Positions 1-10,299 of a stretch of 64,000 nt of DNA are shown in pieces. Positions within the stretch are counted from its first letter, which is position 1. The number at the start of each line of letters is the position of its first letter. Made by a program: the position numbers and the translations under genes. The stretch spans positions 434,001 to 498,000 of the forward strand of contig MU053365.1 in NCBI GenBank assembly GCA_013239625.1, written 5' to 3'. A model generated the notes under the pieces. It was given only the letters and a program-made list of their open reading frames with translations, was not told where the DNA came from and did no database searches. The DNA is from Lama guanicoe (taxonomy: Eukaryota).

Positions 1-914
1 AATTGCTCCACCTTCTATTAGTAATCCTTTGGCTAGCCTAGTTTTCCTGTTTTCTCTTTACAACGTTCCTCAAAGTGCTAGACACGAGACAGAGTCTGTG
101 CTGTGAATTAACAGGAACTCATAAAAATATAAGTATCTGTAGAGTCGAATTCTCACAAGGTGCAGACAGAAGACTGGTCCCGTTTCCAGGCATTAGAGTA
201 CCACTTAATGCCGCCCTGCACGCTGCCAGCGGGCTGCCGCGCGCACGCGGAGATGGAGCTCGGGACTCACTTCCTGTCCGGACGACTTGAACTCGGAGAT
301 GGTTGTCCCACTGAGGGCCAGACTTACACTCTTCCGGCCCCTGCTCCATCCCTCGTGACCCGGGGCATGCGTCTGCCCACGGGTGGGCTGGAGGGAGAGG
401 TGCAGCCAGACTACGGGAAAGAGGATCACTAATGGCCCCCCCAGGGACTCGAGTCCTGGCCTTGGCCTCATTAGCACCTTCTCCAATCCACAGAGCTTGC
501 CTGCTATGGGTTTGCAGTAGGGAAGCCTTCCGGGCACAGACAGGAAAGAAATCAGGCTGCAGAGATTTCAGCCTCAACCAAACAATCAGACAAAAACTCA
601 GCTACTAAAAACACTCCCATAGGACAACCACAGCGTAATATATCTCTAGACTACAGCTACCCCCGCAGAGACCATGGGAGCCTGATAAGGAATATTCTGT
701 GGCCTAAGAAAATTAAACTTAAAACAAAGTACACAAAACCTTTCAGGAAAAAGAATCAGACCTTGGATTTAATGGTGTGCCAAACACTACCCTGGTGACT
801 TGGGAAAGTTAATTACTCTACAAAACACAAGCAGCCTTCTTGTCACTGGCATTAGCAGATCCATTCTCCCAGAAACTATTAAAAATCAATGCACTGCCAC
901 CTATATAACTAGAT

Positions 915-1065
915 ATAAAATATATCCAACTGTATCAATAATAACATTAAATGTGAATGGATTTAACAATCCAGTCAAAAGGCAGAGACTGTCAGACTGG
1001 GGAAAAAACCCCAAGATTTGACTATACGCCATCTACAGGAGACACACTTTATATATAAAGATACC
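915..1065 (+). mobile_element. Old L1 fragment, start of ORF2 endonuclease domain
   Basis: Translates to VSIITLNVNGFNNPVKRQRLSDW, then frameshifted ..LQETH, the L1 endonuclease signature. Confidence 0.85.
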
Positions 1066-1476
1066 GATTTTTAAAAAAATCAGCGCATTCCCCATTTCTG
1101 CATTTGGTACCCAGTATAACGGAAGTCGGCTGACATAAATTAACATGAAGTTCCTAGGGATGTAATATTGCCAGACCTGTAGTAATCCGGCAAATAGAGT
1201 GGGTCTGCCCTAGACCACATGGCTGGTGGAACTGGTATGCATCATAACACTGCAATCAGATGTCACAAACCCAAATGACAAGACAGACATCCTTAATTTG
1301 AAAGTCTCCCTTCTGGAAGAGACAGGATGTCTAAGATGTACTATATTTAAGAGTGCTGTGCGGCTTGTTTATAATTTAAGAGTGTCTCGTAAAATGCCTT
1401 GGAAATAGCTCTCTGTTAGCTAGAAAAACCTTCAGTTAGATATATTTTTATGAGCTTTTCATTAACAGAGTAGTGA

Positions 1477-1616
1477 NNNNNNNNNNNNNNNNNNNNNNNN
1501 NNNNNNNNNNNNNNNNNNNNNNNNNNNNNNNNNNNNNNNNNNNNNNNNNNNNNNNNNNNNNNNNNNNNNNNNNNNNNNNNNNNNNNNNNNNNNNNNNNNN
1601 NNNNNNNNNNNNNNNN
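1477..1616. other. Assembly gap (140 N)
   Basis: Run of N. Confidence 0.99.
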
Positions 1617-1925
1617 TGAAGTACTATGCATTGAATATGATTATAATAGTATCTGGCAGCTATTCATGGGCGGCACGTATTAATTTGTGTAAACTGGGCA
1701 TAACTTGGAGCACTTCCTCATCAGGACCATAGGAAAAACTTGAAAAAGCTGGTCACTGCTCATTAGAGGGTTTTTTTTCTGCTGGTTTTGTTTTTGTTCT
1801 TGTTTTTGAAATTGCCATGAACAGAGACGAACTCAACATCAAGGTCTCTTTTCTGATCTTCTTTTTTCACATGCCTGGAGTCCATTCAAATAAACATTTC
1901 CAACTGATAAAAGAAAATAACTTAC

Positions 1926-1963
1926 TTCACAGGATTATTCTTAGGTTTTGCCTTTTCAACAGC
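1926..1963 (-). CDS. AFF2: AFF2 coding exon (approx. exon 9), 38 nt, AVEKAKPKNNPV(N)
   Basis: Minus strand: ttttcttctgtttacag|GCTGTTGAA...CCTGTGAA|gtaagt; phase 0/2. Confidence 0.96.
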
Positions 1964-2628
1964 CTGTAAACAGAAGAAAAAAATGCAATTAGACAATATT
2001 AGCAGGCTTCATCTTTGCAACTAGTTAGCAAAACAATAAGTAACATAAAATGCTCTTCAGAAACATGAAGAGCTAACCGAGGCAGGCTGCTGGAGATAAG
2101 CAGACTGGAGGAGGCACAGAAAGCAATTTTCCTCTCCCAGGGAGCGTGGGTACCTGTTCAAGTGCAGCCTTCAGACACAGGCCAGGGCTGCCTGCAAAGT
2201 TCAGCAGTGCCCATGCGAGTGGGCCCTCAGGTTCACAACTCCATCCTCCTCTCCCCACCTTTCCCTCCAATCGTATCCCCCACCCCACTCACCCACCCAT
2301 GTGGACCTGTCTGGGTTATGACAGTGCGGGGAAGTGGGCGCAGAGGGAATGGTCATGGGCGTGTCCTGGATTTTGAGATCTGTGGCCGGAAACTGTTTAC
2401 CCTGCATGACTTCGGCCACCTGGCTACACATGCCGGGTGCCAGAAAGGCCAAAGTATCCATCTCTAAAATCATTTTTATTAGCAGATACCACAAAAGGGC
2501 AAGGGATGACCGATGGCTCAGATCAATTTCCTCCTGCGGAACCTTTAAGAAAACACACACCAAATCATCGAAATGAGGAAACCTCTGGGCCTCTCGGCCT
2601 GTGTCCCTTAGACGTGGAGCCTGGTTCC

Positions 2629-2768
2629 NNNNNNNNNNNNNNNNNNNNNNNNNNNNNNNNNNNNNNNNNNNNNNNNNNNNNNNNNNNNNNNNNNNNNNNN
2701 NNNNNNNNNNNNNNNNNNNNNNNNNNNNNNNNNNNNNNNNNNNNNNNNNNNNNNNNNNNNNNNNNNNN
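2629..2768. other. Assembly gap (140 N)
   Basis: Run of N. Confidence 0.99.
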
Positions 2769-4684
2769 GATTGCATCTCCTTCGATTCTTCTGGAATTAA
2801 AATGTTGCTAAGTAACACAGCTGGGGGCACTGATGGCAGAATGGCTACAGTCTATCAAACTGTTTAAGCACCTGGAGGGTTTTAGTGATGATTTTTTTCA
2901 TACTTCTGTAGCATAATTATGCAATCAGAACCAGACTTGTACTCCCCTAGACTTTTGCAGGCTGTAGAAATAACATTCAGGACAGAGAGCGCTGAAGCCA
3001 TGGTTTGACAACCTCAGGGTTCTTCAGACCTTTTTAAAAAGTATCCATTTGGAGACCTTTATATTTGCAAATCCTGGAGGTGGGTGAGGACTAAGAGATG
3101 AAGGGAATACTGCTGTAAATTAAAATGCAGAGGCCACCACTTGTAACAGAGACAATTTATAATCTGACATTGGACTTGACATTCTGAGTGACCAGTGCAT
3201 ATGCAGGCTGAACTTTTCTATGCATAACAACTCAATGCACTTTGAAGCAATGTTTTAAAAAATAAATAGTTCCCAAGTTTAGACATTAGTGTTGGAAATC
3301 CAAGTCCTTCCCCTCGCTGAAGTCTTAGGGTCTGTTGCTAGATAAATACCCATTAATATTTGGGCACTTTCTTTGGCTCAATAGGCAAAAATCATTTTGT
3401 CACCATCTGTGCCTGAGGCTGAATCTTGGCAAGGGGTGGAACAGGAAGAAAGCGAGGGAAAGAGGTAACAGGTGAGCATGATAAAACAAGGACTATGTGT
3501 TTGGCTCAAGTCATCTCTCAAAGGTGTTTGGGATGTGAATGCCTGGCTCTGAGTGGTCCGTGTAAAGGATGCTGAAAGGCAGAGCCAGATGCTGGCAAAG
3601 AGTGGCAGCGAGATATTGACCTTCACTACAGAAGTGTACCCAGTCTGCACACCGTCTGCCTTTATACCACCTTTCCTCTCCCAGTCCCGGCTGGCGGAAT
3701 CGGATCTGGCAGCAGGCTGGAGACAGGCCGTTGTGGAAATCATGTGAATCCACTTTTCCCAATCCCGTAAAATCCAAACAAATCTGTTCCTGACGAAGAC
3801 TTAGGTTATCACAAAGTAACGGGCATGGTGTTCAAGTGGTTTTCTCTTAAAGCACACTGGATGTGATAGGAGGAGAGAAATCAGAGTGACATTGCTTAAC
3901 CTAGCTCTGATTCTGCAACATATGTTTTGAAAATGTCCTCTCTTCTCTCTGGGCTTCGAGACTGTCAATTAGGGCCAGTCATTTTTCTCTGATCGGGAGG
4001 CACATAATCATGTTCAAGACCAGTTTCTTTGTCTTCTTCATATGTCTTTTAATACAGCTAATATAGGAAAATAACTTCATTCAAGTGAATTTTTTTTCTG
4101 GGTTTCTTGGATATTGATGGAAACTGTCTACACTGAGAGGTTATCTTCTCTTTGGAAATTAACCGAGGATTATTCCAGAGTCCCCGCAGCTCGAGTCAGA
4201 TGCGCTCACGTCATCCTCCTGTGAGCCCATCTCCAAATGAAATGGTTGCAGGGAGCCTCCGCCAGGCATGAGACAGGAGTTCACATTTTGCATTCTCCAC
4301 TTTCACTGTAATTTGACTTTGTTTTAAGCATGCTATAAGGAACTATTGAGAGACTTGGAAGAAAAGTTAAGTGAATTATTTGCAAACAAAATATATATGC
4401 CTTTAAGGTAGAAGAATTAGTCTACCAAATATTCAAGGAGAAAATTCCTCTTTTGAAATCATAGGACATGAAAAGACAATCCCAAGTTCCAGATACACGT
4501 TCAAGAATGTGAGATACCCTGCAAAGGGAGGGAAACCAAAATGAAAGGATGCCATGCAATTCAGCAAGTGTTAAGAAGGATACATATTGGGATTACAGCT
4601 AATTTTGAGTTTAAAAACATACATTAAAGTAATTTAAACTGATTGGAAAATGGAGGCTAGATAGTTAGCATTTATGCCACTTTA

Positions 4685-4839
4685 NNNNNNNNNNNNNNNN
4701 NNNNNNNNNNNNNNNNNNNNNNNNNNNNNNNNNNNNNNNNNNNNNNNNNNNNNNNNNNNNNNNNNNNNNNNNNNNNNNNNNNNNNNNNNNNNNNNNNNNN
4801 NNNNNNNNNNNNNNNNNNNNNNNNNNNNNNNNNNNNNNN
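4685..4839. other. Assembly gap (155 N)
   Basis: Run of N. Confidence 0.99.
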
Positions 4840-4946
4840 TCCTGAAGTAGATTTCCTTCTGGGTACAAGCCCAGGAGTGGGATTCCTGGGTCATATGGTA
4901 AGTCTATTCCTAGTCTTTTGAGGAATCTCCACACTGTTTTCCATAG
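4685..4946 (-). mobile_element. Young 5'-truncated L1 (ORF2 C-terminus; 3' part hidden in N gap) with 17-bp target-site duplication
   Basis: WRFLKRLGIDLPYDPGIPLLGLYPE matches the L1 ORF2 C-terminus; gcatttatgccacttta at 4668-4684 and 4947-4963. Confidence 0.9.
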
Positions 4947-5129
4947 GCATTTATGCCACTTTAATTTGTAATGTCTATATGTTTTTTAAAACCTATGTTC
5001 TACTTATTTTGTGCCACGTTTCCCTAACATCATACTTATCTTGCCATCAGTGAAGTTCGAGCAAGACATAGGATGATAAAATCAATTAAAATGTAAAAAA
5101 AATAATACCCCAATTGGTGCAATGAAACG

Positions 5130-5330
5130 CCATGGGCTGTAGCGGAAAGAGTGCTGTGCCCGAAATACACAAACCTGGGTTCTGCTCTCAGCTTCGCCAC
5201 TTCCCCTTGCCATGACGTTAGCGACACGGCTAACACCTGTGTGCCTGTTTCCTCATTTTAAAAATGAAGGTAATCGTTTCTCCCCTGCCTACATCAAGGG
5301 TGGTTGTGAGTGGCTGACGTTGACAACAGT
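5130..5330 (+). mobile_element. MIR SINE
   Basis: MIR core: acctgggttctgctctcagc...gcctgtttcctcattttaaaaatgaagg...gggtggttgtgag. Confidence 0.75.
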
Positions 5331-5411
5331 GCTCTAGAAACCACAGCATTCTAAGCAAAAAAGTGCATCTTGATTGCAGCCGTATTCCACACAGGCATCC
5401 ATGCATATGTC

Positions 5412-5676
5412 TTTATTTTTAGTCGATTTACAGTGTTGTGTTAGTTTCAGGTGTACAGTAGTGATTCAATTTATATATATTATTATATATATTATATATA
5501 CATATATATATAAAATATACCTTACTTTTTCAGATTCTTTTCCATTATAGATTATTACAAGCTATTGAATGTAGTTCTCTGTGCTATACAGTAGGTCCTT
5601 GTTGTTTATCTCTTTTATATATAGTAGTGTGTATTTGTTAATTCCAAGCTTCTAATTTATCCCTCCCGTTTGGTAA
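5412..5676 (-). mobile_element. L1 3' UTR fragment (cetartiodactyl type) with internal (TA)n
   Basis: gatttacagtgttgtgttagtttcaggtgtacag...ttcagattcttttccattatag...ctgtgctatacagtaggtccttgttg is the typical reverse-strand L1 tail. Confidence 0.85.
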
Positions 5677-8600
5677 GCAAAACTTATGCTGCACATATTT
5701 TTATAGCCAGAGAGCTGATGGGCTTTCTGCCTGGTGACCAGGTTGCAGTATCAAATCTAGGCAGTTATTCCAACGAGGATTATAGGCCGTTCTGTTCTTC
5801 TCTCCATATCAGGAGTAGTTCTTCAGCGAACAAGGTGCTCCTGTCTGGAAAGTCCTACTCGAGGAAGACTTTGATGTATTTAGATCCTGCTAAGCCCTGC
5901 CTAGCAGGACAGAGGGCCCTCTGCCTTCACACGGGCCTCTGCCCTGAACCTCCCTGGGGGTTGGTGTTGGTGGTAGACAGGTCGGGACACATGAGATGCT
6001 GTGGGGCACAGGCGAGTGTGCACACTCCACTCCCCTCTCCCTACAAGGAAGCCGAGGAGTCCTTCTTTTCCTAGTGACTCCTCCATTAGCAGTCCCTCCT
6101 CTCACACCTCACTCCATCAGGAGGGCTCCTTGCTTTTTCACTACCATTTGACCCTGAGGTTGAGAAGCCCTGAGGATGCTACCCTAGGTGAGCCCTCTCC
6201 ACAATACAGCAGCTTGAGAAATTATATTCCCAGGGAGAAGACACTGCTCTCATTCCAAGGAGTGTTTATGAGCCAGTTCTTGTCTCATTACCAGCACTGT
6301 GCTACTGGTGGTATCCTGCTAAGCAGCAAATTTACTTCCTCAGGAGGGATGAGATGGCTAAGGACATGCTTACAGTTGCTCGCTCATTACATCCATCTTC
6401 CTAAAAAGAAGAAGGACCTTGTCTTTCTGTTGTGTAGAGAATCCTTTTGCTGCACTGCAGCTTAAGTGACTTGAAGACCATACTGTATTACATGGTCCAT
6501 AAAATGTAGCTACCATGAGAAAATAGAAAGAAGGAACGAAGGAAGGAAGGAAAGTAGCTGTCTATTGAGTCCCATCCTCCAGGGGCACACATACCCCATT
6601 TCTTTGGGGAGAAAATATTACTTATAACGCACTTATGCTTTATTCCTTTGATAACTATGAAGTTTAAAAAGCTAAAGCTCTAAACTGTTCTTAGAAACAA
6701 CGAACAGTACATATGTACATTTTAAAATGATTTTCTCTCTCAATGAGTTGCTCTTCCTAAAATATACTTTGTTCACCCTCCAAAATAATAAAATGAAATC
6801 CAAATTTTATTGATTAAAAAAAAAGCACTTAGGAAACTTGCTCATCATCTTCTATATCCCAACTGAACTTTGAAAAAAGAAATTCTTTGGTAAGGTCATT
6901 CTGTCCCACTGATTATATGTCATTAACTGTTATTCTAGTCCAATAGACATGTATACTATATTCATAAAAATATTCAGAGAATCTTTCTGGGCATTTAGGA
7001 AGCATGCCTTGGACTTTTATATCCAGACTTATGATATTACACCCCCTGAAATTTACAGACAACCAACTCAGTGCCATATGTTTCCTGTTTGCTGAGACTG
7101 TCAAAGTGAGCTCTCCGAAGACCTAGAAATAGTATAGCCATGGACTCATTTTACAAGGCTATGTATTCAGGGACTGCTTTTCCCCTTAATCAATAATCAT
7201 TCTGCCAGTCAGGTATAAAATATGATTCGACTACCATTGTTCTGTGTGGCTTTTACATTTCCTGCTTACATGTTTCTTTTTTCGTCACCTTCTACTAGCA
7301 GAGACAGCCAGCTGGCTCTAGACAATACATCTCTTGAGAAAAAGTGAAAAGTCAATCATTCAGATTAATTTCAAATAATTGGATATTATGCATTATGGAA
7401 ATAAGACAGAAGAACAATCGATTGTGTCCATTCGGGGTTTCTATGTTTTACCTTTAACGATCCCTGGTGCAGCTCTGTGAGGCACAGCCATGCCTTAACC
7501 TAGTGGCATGTATTGGTAAATTACATCGATTGCCTAAGCTCAGAAGAAAAACTCCTCTATTAACAGATGAACTCATCGTTAGGGTATTCAGATGGTCTAA
7601 AATCAATACTTACAGAATTGGTGAAATCAATTAAAGAGACATAGCCTGAGAGCACTTGCCCAAATATAAAAATGAATCGCTTAATTACAGCATTTAAATA
7701 GATTTCACTGGAATGAGTAAAACAGCAAGAGGCTTATTTTATATCCTATAGGCTGGGGTTTCAGCTGGCAGCCAGGACTGCAGCTTAAAAGGAGAAAATG
7801 TCACTCAGCATTTTGCCACACCTGGATGGCTGCCTGAATTTCTGACTTTACATCCAGGGACTGCAATCTTTAGGAAAACACTACCCACTATATTCAACCC
7901 TCTGGATGAGTGCCCAGAAGGGGACATGGAAACATCCTGTATTTGAACCTTGAACTGTAGGAAGCAAAAACCATGCTCCTTAGCTTTAGAATACGGTGCT
8001 TCTCCCATTTTAATGTAATTCATCATTTCCTGTGCGTATATGAAGGAGGCCTGTGCTAGACATAACAGGGGCTGGAATAGAATTTTGATAGGCAGAGACT
8101 GGAGGAAATTTGTTCCAGGTGTCTTGGCACCTAAGAGTCACTTAATAAACATGGGCTAGGTAAAAGACCTGGGGCTGACTGCAGAGTCTGAGAGGCCTGA
8201 CCACTGCTCCGGGTATGACAGTGCCAGAGGACCCCCCCGCCCTGTGCAGAGGAGAAAAGAGACCTCTGGGGGAAAAGCTGGGCTTCAGAACCAAGTGTAT
8301 CTGGATCCATCCCGCAACTACACACAAGGCTCAGATTCACATCCCAACAAGGAGGGAGTACAGAGCGGTCCTGACAGGGTATATTTCCATCCTGCTTTCT
8401 GACAGAAGGCTATGCCCTCCTCACTCTTCCTGCAGCTAGGGGCCAGCTGGGTCCTCGTTACCTCTCAGCAGGACAAGGACCACTGCCTCTGCACTGGGCT
8501 GCTGCTCGGTGCAGCTGTTCCCATTGTCACCCCATTTCATGTTCCACTTCGGTCGTGTCCCTCTCTCAGCATCCTCCATGGCTTCCCAATGCTCACTGAA

Positions 8601-9373
8601 TTCCTGGTCAGTTTCACCCAACCTGCCGCTCAAGACCCTGCCATGTGTATTTCGCTAACATGGCAACCAGTAGGAGCTTTTTGAGTGTCTGGCCCAAATA
8701 TGATGTGTTACCAGGATTCAGCAGTGCTCGCATTTCATTAAGGATTGCTCCCTTCAGGCTACTGTGCTGGCTAGAAAACCCTTTAGCAAGATGCATTCGT
8801 CAAGTGCTGATTTTGTTTATAACTCAAGTTTTGGTATCTTGTGATTTAATGAAAAATGCCCTGTCTCTGGTAAAGAAGCACGTTTCACTCATAAGAGTCA
8901 TCTGTCGACACTAATCATTCCCTAAGTGGAGTAAATACGGAGTCACGAGGTAGAGCATCTCAGTATTGGCTTATTTATTCTCCCCATTAGAAAGGCCAAT
9001 GAAAGTAGCACTCAGTTACTCTGTTTCCCTGGGATTTGTGGATTTGAAAATTCAATTTTCTTTTCTCCTGGCCAATCTGAGCCCTCTGGCCTCTGATGCT
9101 AGGGAGGTACCCCTCACAAAATGACGTGTGTCCGTTGAGAGACAATCAATACCTAATACAGGCTCTGTCCCTGACACGTGTAACCAGGGAAATGGGGAGA
9201 GTCCTCTTAGCGCACAGTAGGTGCTCAATAATAGAAGTATTCCAAACCCCCCCTGGGAGTGAGCACTGAGGACGCATCTTCAGTATGAGCATACTGGCGT
9301 GTTCAGGCTTTCTGTGCCTTAACAGCGTGTTAAATTCTGGGCAAGGAGGCTACGTCCATTTTGATCATACAGC

Positions 9374-10299
9374 TGTATTAGAAAACCCAGTAATCTGCCA
9401 CCTGTGTTTCTCCTTTATTTTCCCAATATGACCACACTCAACAACGCTCTGACACCAGATGTGTGGGAGGCTTTTCTCACACCAAGCAAATTTCTGCAAC
9501 AGCAGCTGCGTGTCCTTCAATGAAACTCAATTCTGACACTGTCTACCTGGAGACAGACACATCCCGAATGTTAAGGCCTCAGTAACAAGACTGTCTCCCT
9601 CCACTTCAGATGCCAGTGGTAAGCCGAAGTTGTCACCTGTGTTCCTGATCAATTGGCCATATACATCAGAGGTTCCAGTGGCCCACTCCTTGGGTTTGAC
9701 TAATTTGCTAGAGTGGCCCACAGAACTCAGGGAAACAGTTACTCATGTTTACTAAAGGATATGATAGAGGATACAGATGAACACAGATGAAGAGACACAT
9801 AGGGCCAGATCTGGGAGGGTCCCGAGTGCAGGAGCTTCTGTCCCTGTGCAGTTGGGGTGTGTCACCCTTCCTGTATGTGGATGTGATCGCCCACCCAGGA
9901 ACTCTCCAAACCCTATACTACTGGGATTTTATGGAGGCTTCCTCACACAGGCATGATTGGTTATTAACTACATTTCTAGTCCCTCTCCCCTCTGCAGAGA
10001 AGGGGAGGGTGGGATTGGAAATTCCAAGCTGCTAATCAGGGCTTGGTCTTTCTGATGACCAGCCCCCAACCAGGAGCCCACCCAGAATCAGCTCACTAGA
10101 ACACAAGACAATCCTATCCCTCAGGAAATTAGGGATATAGTACCCTGTGTTAGGAACCAGGGTCAAAGACCAAATATGAGAACAGAAGATGCTCCCAGTG
10201 CTCTTACCATTTAGGAAATTCCAAGGGGTTTAGGAACTGGGGGCAGAGACCAATATATATATATATATATTATATATATATATTTTCTATGTCCTCACA
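9374..10299 (-). mobile_element. Solo LTR, MER21-like (ERVL class)
   Basis: About 925 bp, TG...CA ends; recalled MER21 motifs caattctgacactgtctacctggag, taatttgctagagtggcccacagaactcagggaaac and the duplicated ggaaatt...agaccaa block. Confidence 0.8.

Noticed and set aside
2401-2463. Alternative 63-nt exon using attttag|AGATGG and AGG|gtaaac
   Set aside because: Poor polypyrimidine tract, weak donor and an implausible Trp/Cys-rich peptide in phase 0.
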